A stretch of 64,000 bases of DNA, from assembly GCA_964016885.1 (NCBI GenBank), contig OZ024743.1, positions 318,184,001 to 318,248,000 on the forward strand, read 5' to 3'. Each line of letters opens with the position of its first letter. Position 1 is the stretch's first letter. Positions 43,141 through 52,350 of the stretch are shown piece after piece. Made by a program: the position numbers and the translations under genes. The notes beneath the pieces were generated by a model that saw only the letters and a program-made list of their open reading frames with translations, was not told the origin of the DNA and ran no database searches. This DNA is from Eledone cirrhosa. Lineage: Eukaryota.

Positions 43141-43445
43141 TAATAATGAATATTATTGTATACAGTGCTCAGGTGCACTACAACTCATCAAAGGTGCATG
43201 TATAGTACATAGAAAGGTCTACAAAAGTCAGGAAAGTGAACAGTGTATGTATGAATCATGATACACACACATGCATGTATGTGTTTGGAGGGGGAATATC
43301 AGGTGTAGTGTTGGCGAATTTGGGGAAGCATGGTTTTGAAGGATGCAGTGTCCCAACAGTTAACAATTGATGCAGGTAGTTTGATCCATGCTTCAGCAAC
43401 TCTGAGCATGAAAAGATATTTCCAAAGGTCATGGGAGCTGTACTG
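43141..43445 (-). mobile_element. CR1/L2-group LINE 3' end
   Basis: The minus strand translates as SHDLWKYLFMLRVAEAWIKLPASIVNCWDTASFKT, matching the F..RV...WN.LP...SFK C-terminal motif of CR1-group ORF2. Followed by a 3' UTR and an (ATT)-type tail. Confidence 0.75.
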
Positions 43446-43574
43446 ATTTTTGATTTTGTTGGCATGCCCACGTGTGTTAGATATATTAGTTTATACTGTT
43501 TTGCAGTTTTCCTCAAAAAATGTTTTTCTTTTTTAGTTTTTCTCCCTTTTATAATTAGTTTGTCAACACCAAGC

Positions 43575-43750
43575 ATTTTAAGGTCCTTCTTCCTGCTGAA
43601 GTAAGGATTAACCCAGCTGGCCCCATAACAGACTTCTCCATTTTGCCCTATCATCCACATCCCACCTCACTTTCATTTCCTCTTCCATCATCTTAAGCCA
43701 TGTCTTTCTTGGTCTTCCTCTTCCTCTACTTCGTTCCGCATTCATTTCCA
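43575..43750 (-). mobile_element. Decayed RTE-like 3' fragment
   Basis: CCATGTCTTTCTTGGTCTTCCTCTTCCTCT encodes RGRGRPRKTW on the minus strand. Confidence 0.55.
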
Positions 43751-43789
43751 TCTAAACTGGTCATTACATTTAGCTGATACCAAAATTAC

Positions 43790-44020
43790 ACTAACATGCA
43801 TCATTCTATTACTATGAAAATGCATGAGACCAGTATGTATGTGACATTATTGCTGCCATTATACATGTAGCACTATAACAGCCAGTATGCATGTGGCACT
43901 ATAATAGGCATTATACATGTGGCATCGTTGTTGTCATTAAACATGCAACACTATAACAGTCAGGATGCATGTGGCATTATTGCTTCCATTATATATGCGA
44001 CACTGTTGATATCAACACAT
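43790..44020. repeat. Degenerate short-period tandem repeat (~25-bp units)
   Basis: Recurrent CATGTGGCACTATAACAG / CATGTGGCATTATTGCTGCCATTATA. Confidence 0.6.
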
Positions 44021-44154
44021 GTACAAGCCCTACTGCTTCACTGCTTTAAACACTCCACATATATTCTTATCTCTTTGCAGTGACAAATTTTATAATCCTT
44101 GGTCAGCACATGTAGCTGTTGTCCCCCCCAACTTCGTTCCACTTTCGCCATGCT

Positions 44155-44550
44155 CTCACTGTAAAGTAGTAGTGGTACCACTATAAAATGTACCCAGCTT
44201 ATACTGTAAAGTAGTGGTGGTAGTGGTACTACTATAAAATGTACTCAGCCTACACTAAAGTAGTAGTAGTAGTGGTACCATTATAAAATGTAGCCAGCCT
44301 ACACTGTAAAGTAGTAGTAGTAGTAGTACCACTATAAAATGTACCCAGCCTACACTGTAAAATGGTAGTGCAGCTGGGTACATTTGGAGTAAAGTGGTTG
44401 ACATTAGGAAGGACAGCCAGCCATAGAAACCATGCCAAAATGAAATGTATGAGTAAGATGTTGCCATTTGACCTGTCTAATCTTAGAATGTGATAAAACA
44501 TCCAACCCACACCAGCAAGGAGAGAGGATGTAAAACAGTGATGATGATGA
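44155..44550 (+). mobile_element. Family A SINE with ~5 tandem internal 40-48 bp units
   Basis: CACTGTAAAG(TAG)nTGGTACCACTATAAAATGTACCCAGCCTA repeated, followed by the core and RTE-type tail. Confidence 0.8.
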
Positions 44551-44825
44551 ATTAATCTGTAGTTGTATGTGAAGTATTTATGACAAACATTTTTCTTTTA
44601 AATTCCTTCATTAGGACATTTTCTCCACTTTGGGGCCACAGTCTAACGACTCCAAATCACTTCTGGTTGTTCTCTTTTTTCTATTGTGGGTGGAAAAATC
44701 CCCTTTCCTGGGCATTTCACTACACAAAGGACTCATAGAAGATCCAGCAAGACTAGCAAAACAAGAAATAAGGTTGGTATATTTCTTGGTCAATAAAATT
44801 AAAATATTCTTGCTTAGTATATATT

Positions 44826-45100
44826 AGGAGGATGTGTAGCTTAATGGTAAGAGTGTTGGACTTACAATCATAATGCCATGGGTTCAATTCCTGGATTGGG
44901 TTGTGTGTTGTGTTTTTGATCAAAATAGTTCATTTCACATTGCTCCAGTATACTCAGCTGAAAATGAGTAACAGCAATAGCTGGGAGTATAACTCTGCGA
45001 TGGGTTGGCATCAGGTCCAGGGAGGGAGTCTTGTACTGTCAGTCGCTTCATGCCACAAAACCAGGATAAGCACCAGCCAGATGGTCCTCCAGACTTTCTA
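44826..45100 (+). mobile_element. tRNA-derived SINE (family C) with Pol III A and B boxes; inverted relatives at ~39700-39950, ~50580-50790, ~53860-53965, ~55750-55870, ~58650-58935
   Basis: A box TAGCTTAATGG and B box GGTTCAATTCC, followed by TGTGTTGTGT.TTTGA.CAA...CATTTCACATTGCTCCAG shared with the other copies. No intact cloverleaf. Confidence 0.7.
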
Positions 45101-45809
45101 GACTTATATATTAATCAAGGAAGAAGGTGAGAGGGGCAAGAGAAGAGATACAAACTGTTCATTTCATGCTACTTTGGTTGAATTACTGGACTGCTTATTA
45201 GTACAATCTATAAAGATAAAGTTCATCTGAACCACCACCACCACCACCGCTGCCGCTGATTTTCTACATGATGTACTGGGGGCTTTTATTTTTTGTGCCA
45301 TCAACACTACCACCTTACAGGTCAAGTGGGTGCTAAATATATTTATTACTAGCTGGCCCCGTGCCATCAAAAATGACGGCTAATTGTAATATCTATACAT
45401 AATATAAAAAAGAGATGTTTGTTTGTGGTTCCTTTGCATTCACTCACACAAGTGATACAAACACAAGCACAGCTGTGACGAATCTTAGAATGCTAGACTT
45501 CTATAGTTTTTCACCCGCTCCTTCCTCAGTCATCACATAGCGATGTGTGTGTGTAATAAATATTTTTTCTGTGTCGGTTTATATGTTTGTGTAGGTTCAT
45601 GTGTATAATACTATTTTCTATGAATCTTTCTAAATAAACACACACAATAAATATAATTTACACAAACACACATAATCATAACAGCCAATGTGTTTAACCA
45701 ATTTGCTATGCATACAGGTGTAGTGAATGTTAAATGCTGCCACCTTTTTCTTCCTTAGTCATCTCTAGCATGTGACGGACAAATACACAAGGCTTTATAT
45801 TAGATGATT

Positions 45810-46070
45810 TGTGCCATGACAAAAAGCACCCACTCCACACTGTAAGATGGTTGTTTTGGTGACACAACAAAAAGCACCCAGCCCCTACAGTAACATGGTT
45901 GGTATTAGGAAAAGCATCCAGCTGTAGAAACCAAGCCAAAATACAGATCCATATGAACATGATGTGGTCTCCTGATCTGACTTGTCTAATAATGTAATGG
46001 CCCATCTAACCCACACAACCATGGAAGATGGATGTTAAATGGTGGTGGTTGTGGTGGTGATGATGATGAG
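45810..46070 (+). mobile_element. Family A RTE-tailed SINE
   Basis: Two ACAAAAAGCACCCA units, core TTGGTATTAGGAAAAGCATCCAGCTGTAGAAAC and tail GGATGTTAAATGGTG..GATGAT. Confidence 0.75.
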
Positions 46071-46478
46071 CCAGACAAATTTGGAGACAAGAACCAATAT
46101 GGAGAAGGGCATGGATGTTGAAGAATCCTCAGCTGGTGACAAATTCAGGGAAATCCTACTTGGCATATACAACAGTGAAGAAAGAATATTGGTAAACTGT
46201 AGCAGGAAGGAAAATTGGAAATTTCTATGAGATGACCTGCTGAAGACCATAAACTGGGTCTTTGACTGGAACAAGGTGGACTTACAGAGGAACTAGAGCC
46301 TTAAAAGCAAAAAGAATGTGGGAAACAGTAATACCTAATAAGAAGGACAGCTATGTGCCAGGAATGTTTAGAATGAGGAGAAGCAGAAAAGAATAAGTTT
46401 ATACATGTTCTTTGAAGTGAGGATTAGAGGTGTGAAGTGTTTCAGTTTGTGAGAAAGTGTGTTAAGAGAAAATTGGAA

Positions 46479-46740
46479 TCATCATCATCACAGTTTAATG
46501 ACCATTTTTCCACACTAGCATGGGTTAGATGAGTTATCCTGTGTGAGACAAGCCAAATCAGGTGACAGTGTCTTGCACACACAGAACTGTTTCTGGCTTG
46601 GTTTCTATAGTTGGATGCCCTTCCTAATGCCAACTACATTTACAGTGTGGACTGTGCCTTTTATTCTGGCACCAGCTCGACCATTTTACAGTGTGGACTG
46701 GATGCTTATTTGTCTTGACACCAACACAACCACCTTACAG
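46479..46740 (-). mobile_element. Family A RTE-tailed SINE
   Basis: CATCATCATCA..TTTAA..CCATTTTCC..CTAGCATGGGTTAGA and GGATGCCCTTCCTAATGCCAAC, the reverse complement of the family A core and tail. Confidence 0.75.
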
Positions 46741-47809
46741 AGTGTGATTGGGAAAAAAATGTCCAAAATGATAGAGGAGCCCCTGCTAAACAGTAAAATG
46801 CATGAAAGTCCTATTATGAGAGAGAACTCTTCAGTTGTATTAAAGACATGATAACTAGTGCTGTGATAAAATGCCCTCAATAGAATATGGGAACAAGTGA
46901 GATGTAGGCCCCTGACCAAACTGAACATTCAGCGTGAGGGAATGCGAGATGTAAGCCTCCGACCTGTCTGAGCACTTGACTGGGTGTGAGAATGTATGAG
47001 ATATAGACCCCCTGGTCCATTTAAGAGGTCAGTAGCTCTGCTTAAATACTAACTTGGTCTGTGATGACCCATCCCACCCATGTTAGCAGGGAAAAGGATA
47101 TCAAATGATGATAATGCATCTCTTTTTTTCTCCTTTTACTAATTCACATATTCTTTTCCCTGTAAAACCAGTTTAGTTTCCATTTGTTATTTGGTGTTTT
47201 CAATCTATATTATAACTGTACAATATTTTTCACCATTTGTCACAGATGTAAATGGTTTAAAATGCTTTCATTTATACCGGAAATAAGCATTCTATGTTAA
47301 CTGTGTCTGTATCTCAGTTTGTCTCTATCTCTTAACAGTGTTGTCTGTCAATCTATCTCTATCTCTGTGGATATTGAGAAAATTTAACATATACTAGCTC
47401 TATCTCTGTGTATCTGTCTGTCTGTCTATCTCTATCTCTGTGTATATTGAAAAAAAGGAAATATATCCTATCTGATTTTAATAATTCCACCAATTCACAA
47501 CCCCCCTTGGCCTGTTACTTTATTTCTTAACACAGCTCCAGGAGGTAAGGCAAAGTTGACTTCAGCAAGATTTGAACTCAGTTACATAGAGTTGGAACAA
47601 ATACATTAGCATCTAATGCAATCCTTTAATGGTTCAGTCAATTTGATATCTTATGTTTTACATATTCAGATAGGTTATTATTGAACTTATTTCATATTTA
47701 AGTTGTTCAACAGATAAAAAATTTATATCTAATTTTCTTTTTATTATTTGCACAGGGAAATGCTGAATTTAAGTAATCTGAAGTGTCAGAAAATATGGGT
47801 GATATTTTT

Positions 47810-48150
47810 TAAGCCTTTCATTACCATATTTCTAATGAAAGACACTACCTATGTCATTAACCCTTCCATTTCCATATTTCTAATGAAAGACACTGCCTAT
47901 ATCATTAACCCTTTTATTACCATATTTCTAATGAAAGACACTGCCTGATTTTCAAAATTATCAGGAATTTGGAGGAATTTATTAATATAACTAACTTTCT
48001 CATTATTAAGCTGGTGTTTGGAACATAAAATAGCAAAGATTCTAACATAAAATTATGATGGAAATTTTTCAGATAAATATAAATACTTTAAAATTATTTT
48101 GTATTGTAGAACCTGGGGTGGTTTTAGGTGGTTTAGGATATAAATGGTTC
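47810..48150 (+). mobile_element. MITE family P1 copy whose 5' ~45 bp is tandemly triplicated
   Basis: Three successive CCTT..ATT.CCATATTTCTAATGAAAGACACT.CCT units precede the element body. Confidence 0.65.
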
Positions 48151-48265
48151 AGATGAACTATTACAAGAATTTAGAAAAGTAGGATTGAAAAATATGATTT
48201 CTCCATCTTAACTCTTTTCTTACCTCAATTCTAATGAAGTATACTATTTTAAAAATATTTTAATA

Positions 48266-48445
48266 TACCATATATACTCGAATATAAACCGAGGAATATA
48301 TGACAAAACAAATCAATGGTAAAATGGGAGGATTGACTTATGTATGCCATCTAAACAATGTGTTGGTTTATAAATGGGGTTTGGAGTTTTGCCCATTTCT
48401 CAGACATAAAGGTGGGGGTCAGCTTATATTCAAGTATATACAATA
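48266..48445. mobile_element. Tc1/mariner-superfamily (pogo-like) MITE nested inside a P1 MITE (~48208-48616)
   Basis: TACCATATATACTCGAATATAAACCGA ... TCAGCTTATATTCAAGTATATACAATA form ~27-bp imperfect terminal inverted repeats with TA ends. The P1 sequence resumes on both sides. Confidence 0.7.
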
Positions 48446-49041
48446 ATTGAGAATTTAGAGAGATTTATTAACATAACTTTCTCATTTTAAAACTAATGTT
48501 TAGAACATAACTTAACAAAATTATGATGGAAGGTTTTTAGACAAATATAAACACTTTAAAACAGTTTTGTCATGGAACAATGGACAGTTTTAGGTGGTTT
48601 GGTATCAAAAAAGTTAAGATCAACTATTACAACTTACAGAAGTCTTCCTCTTCCTCATTTAACACCTGTGATGATGATGATGACTTCTCTAAAGTCAGGA
48701 ATGAAGAATATATGGTACCTTGAGAGATAACTATATAAGTTTGCACCTTAAAATTTGTTGAAGTAATTAATTAAGAAACAAAATAAATTTTTAGCACAAC
48801 AAAAATGTTTTTTTTTTTCTCTTTCTCAAGTAACAAAATGAAGCAGTTCATTTGAAAGTATCAATTTTATATAGATGTACATTAATTTAATATTTGAGTT
48901 GCAGGAATATTTGGACATACACCTGCACATGTGTATGTGTGTGTAAGCATGCATGCCAGTGAAAACACACATATGCACATACTATTCACAATATTTATAT
49001 ATAAAAGATTTTTTTTACAAATATTTTCATAAAAATTGGTA

Positions 49042-50331
49042 TTAGTCTTTCGCTGAAGAATCTTTGACTTTCAGCCTTAAGGTTAACTTTCGGCCATTTG
49101 AACTACTCTCCCCCTCTTTGCAATACATACGACTGTTATTCTCTTCCAGATACTTATATTTGTCTCTATTGCTTTTTTGACCCTGTTTCTTGCGTTTGCT
49201 GGGTTTAGATTTTTTATGTCGTTCTGTTCTTTGAAAATTGTCAGTTTTTGTTTTAGGGTCTTTTTCGTTTTTGACTTGGTGTGATTTGCTTGCAATTTTC
49301 GTAATAACTAACTTGATTCCAGCGTTAGCATTAGTTACAGTTCTTGCAACAGCTAGAGTCCTTTTGTCACCATCTTCGCTATCATCTTCATAAGATTCTT
49401 CATCTTCTTCTGAATTATCACTGTCTTCAATTTCATCTTCATCCTCATCGTCGTCATCTTCATCCTCCTCCTCCTCCTCCTCCTCTTCCTCCTCCTCCTC
49501 TTCGTCATCCTCATCGTTAACAGAAGCTGGAGATGCTACAGAGCCCATACCAGTTGACTGTTCACACTTCCAATGTTTGTCAGGATGACGGGATTCAGCA
49601 TGACGCCCTTGAGATGATTGAATTTCACAACGCTTATCTTTTTGTAGTTTTTCCAAATGTTTTCTTCTGAGTCGTTCCGATTCCAATCGTTCCCTCTCCT
49701 GCTGTTCCCACTCTAGTCGTTCCTGTTCCTTACGTCGCTCTGCTTCCAGCCGTTCTTGTTCTTCGTTCTCTTTCTTTATTTCAGCTATGAAACGCTCCCG
49801 CATTGAATTCCACATATTCTCACCCGATAGGTTGGTTTCATACAACTTTACAAGGTTTTCACACTTGGGAGGTTTGTAAATATGTTTGAGGTCAAGAATA
49901 GGTAACTTACTTGATAACATATCACCAAAATATTCATAAAACTCTAAATATATATCTTTTGGAGACCTTCCAGTAAACGTTGACTCCACTTCATCTTTAG
50001 AATTATTAGAAATAGTTGATGGTATCAAGTCCATTGGTTCTTCCTTGAAGTACGGGTATGATGCCCGACATTTCAATTTGTCTTCCTTTTTATTAGCAAT
50101 AAATCCAGAATGGAGGGTGTCCATTGGTTCCTCTTTGAAAAGAGGAGAGGAATTTAATTTATCATTTTTGGTGTCATTTGCTATCTCTGAATGGATGAGA
50201 TCTGTTGCTTCCTCCTTGATGGGTTGTTGTGGTTGCAAAGGTAATGAAACTGTCTGTGGCAACTCTTTTGGATGAAGATTCTGAGACTGAACATCACGCA
50301 GGAAGTTTTTCATAATATATTCAGCAGCAAG
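49042..50331 (-). CDS. TAF6L: TAF6-like (SAGA complex subunit TAF6L), terminal coding exon, 429 aa plus stop
   Basis: Acceptor TTTTTTAG at 50332, phase 0, begins LAAEYIMKNFL and continues the 423-aa ORF of the track. Contains DIYLEFYEYFGDMLSSKL, resembling the TAF6L motif ELYAFFGDSL (recalled from the human protein). In frame with the upstream exon. Confidence 0.9.
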   Translation of the reverse strand, partial: LAAEYIMKNFLRDVQSQNLHPKELPQTVSLPLQPQQPIKEEATDLIHSEIANDTKNDKLNSSPLFKEEPMDTLHSGFIANKKEDKLKCRASYPYFKEEPMDLIPSTISNNSKDEVESTFTGRSPKDIYLEFYEYFGDMLSSKLPILDLKHIYKPPKCENLVKLYETNLSGENMWNSMRERFIAEIKKENEEQERLEAERRKEQERLEWEQQERERLESERLRRKHLEKLQKDKRCEIQSSQGRHAESRHPDKHWKCEQSTGMGSVASPASVNDEDDEEEEEEEEEEEEEDEDDDDEDEDEIEDSDNSEEDEESYEDDSEDGDKRTLAVARTVTNANAGIKLVITKIASKSHQVKNEKDPKTKTDNFQRTERHKKSKPSKRKKQGQKSNRDKYKYLEENNSRMYCKEGESSSNGRKLTLRLKVKDSSAKD

Positions 50332-50803
50332 CTAAAAAAGAAAGAGAGATAAAAGAAACATATCATCATCATCATCACCACCACTACCACCATCATATAT
50401 GTAAGAATATTTTTCATAAAAGTACAGGAATCTCAGAGAGAATTTTCCAGTTAATGAACACACATAAACAGTTAAATAAATGACCTATAGAAGAGAAGGG
50501 TCCTCTTCAGTAGTGACTGGCCTAGGGTTTTATACCATAACTAATTGACCATGATTTTGCCTCTTCAAGACACAAGCTTTGGGTGATTGCGAGAAAGACT
50601 AGCAGTCACCTGTGCATGCCAGTTACGCCTCTCTATGATACCAATGTTGTCCAAGGGGAAGGTGAAGACTGATATGGCTTGGTACCAGATTCTTTGCAAC
50701 TCATTTTTTCAAGCTGAATGAACTGGAGCAACATAAAATAAAAAGTCTTGCTGAAGGTCCTTACAATTGTGAGCCCAACAATCTAACCTACTTATATTCA
50801 CTA

Positions 50804-51726
50804 CTAGCATTAAAGCGTGGCGTTGCACGGGGTAAAAAAATCCCTATGTTGTTTCTGTTTTCAATCAATAAACGTTTAAATATGTTATACACAAAATGTA
50901 ATTGGGGGTGAGTTGGAAAAAAATAAATAGTCGTTGACGTAAGTTAGACCATTTACAACATTCTTACTGACTTTTAGTCAAATCGGTTTGATATCCTGTC
51001 TATTCATTAGGGGTGGTTGTCTAAATTTAAGACAGTAGGGAGGGGTGTGATATGGGGGAGAGTTAGCTGCTGTTTCTAGCAGGTTTAGTGACCTCATAGG
51101 GGATATTATTGTGTATAGTAAATAAACTGATTTTTCGCTATTTTTTTTGTTGTTGAATAAATTTATCTGTTGCTTTTGAATAATTGTTGTTTGGTATGAA
51201 ATAAGTTCTCTTCGTTGTTAGTTTCTTTCTTTGTTTCTCCTCCTTCCGCGTTTCTAACACACTCAAAAACAAACGTTCTCTCTGTCTCTCACTCTCCTCC
51301 ACTTTCCGCGTTCCTAACACACTCAAAAACAAACGTTCTCTCTCTCACTTCTTTTTTTTTTCTCTCTCTCTCTCCTTCATTTCTTTCTCTCTTCCGCATT
51401 CCTAACGGAAGTTTGTAAGGTGGGGTTTAAGCGTATATAAGAGAAAGTTGCAGCATGTATGTAGTTTTATCGATTTTTAAGGGGAGTAGAGAGAGGAATC
51501 AGATTGTATTAGAGGGGTAAAGCGTCATGTATTTAGTTTTATCGATTATTTCCGTAATTGGGGGCAAGTTGGAAAAAAATAGTCGTTGACTTAAGTTAGA
51601 CGATTTACAACATTCTTACAGACTTTGAGTCGAATCGGTTTGAAATTGTGCAAATGTATAAACATGGAACATGCACACACACACACACACACACACACAC
51701 AACAATCTGCCTTTTATAGATAATGA
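50804..51726 (-). mobile_element. Non-autonomous Helitron-like element in the last TAF6L intron
   Basis: The minus strand starts A|TC ATTATCTATAAAAGGCAG followed by a (TG)n microsatellite. It ends with GC-rich CCGTGCAACGCCACG, then CTAG|T. This gives TC...CTAG termini at an A|T site with no target duplication. Internal duplications are present. Confidence 0.65.
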
Positions 51727-52004
51727 TTGACTAATAATTCTAAATGTATTTAGGTATATGCTGATAAATTCATTTTTAAAATAATTAAGAATTGTTAGTA
51801 ATTTTGTAAAACAATTGTCTTTTCTATTGTTAAGTTTGTGTTTGGAACATATCGAAAGGTTCATAATTATTTCAGGTTTTAATTTAAATAGAAATCCTCT
51901 AGAATGACTGACAATAACTGTGTCATACATCTGTTATCACTGTAGATTTCATAGAACCAGAGCTGGTTTTGTATCAAAAGAGATATATAAAATGACAAAC
52001 TCAC

Positions 52005-52133
52005 CAATAAAGCACCATAAACTTTATGTGCATCAGTTCTGACTAATGTACTAGTTAGCGTAGTGTCCTCCATAAAGCTGTTGAGGTGTGGCATATAAAC
52101 TTTAAGCTGTGGTAAAAGAACATCTTCAATAGC
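52005..52133 (-). CDS. TAF6L: TAF6L internal exon (AIEDVLLPQLKVYMPHLNSFMEDTTLTSTLVRTDAHKVYGALL)
   Basis: TAG acceptor, GTGAGT donor, 129 nt, phase 0/0. DAHKVYGALL matches TAF6L DGHKVYGAIL. Confidence 0.93.
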
Positions 52134-52350
52134 CTATGAAAAACGAAAACACATTATATCAGATATATTAAAATAATGGTTGATTTATATAACACAAATC
52201 ATACTTAAACTATAAAGACATTCAAGGTGAGCTTATTCATGATGCCGTCACACATGAACCCCTCCTGGGATGACATGAACAGCTTGACAGACAGTTGAAA
52301 ATGTGGATTTGCACAATCAAGTCAGATCTTGAGCTAATATATTTATCCTT

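Noticed and set aside
38850-44830. Plus-strand exons suggested by acceptor-like pyrimidine-AG tracts (~38866, ~40066, ~44614)
   Set aside because: There is no coherent reading frame or recognisable protein, and such tracts are common in AT-rich DNA. This cannot be supported without RNA data.
44826-44900. tRNA gene
   Set aside because: A and B boxes are present, but there is no convincing cloverleaf and it continues into a repeated SINE body.
49042-50313. Stand-alone single-exon 423-aa gene
   Set aside because: The frame extends six codons upstream to a splice acceptor and joins the upstream TAF6L exons in phase.
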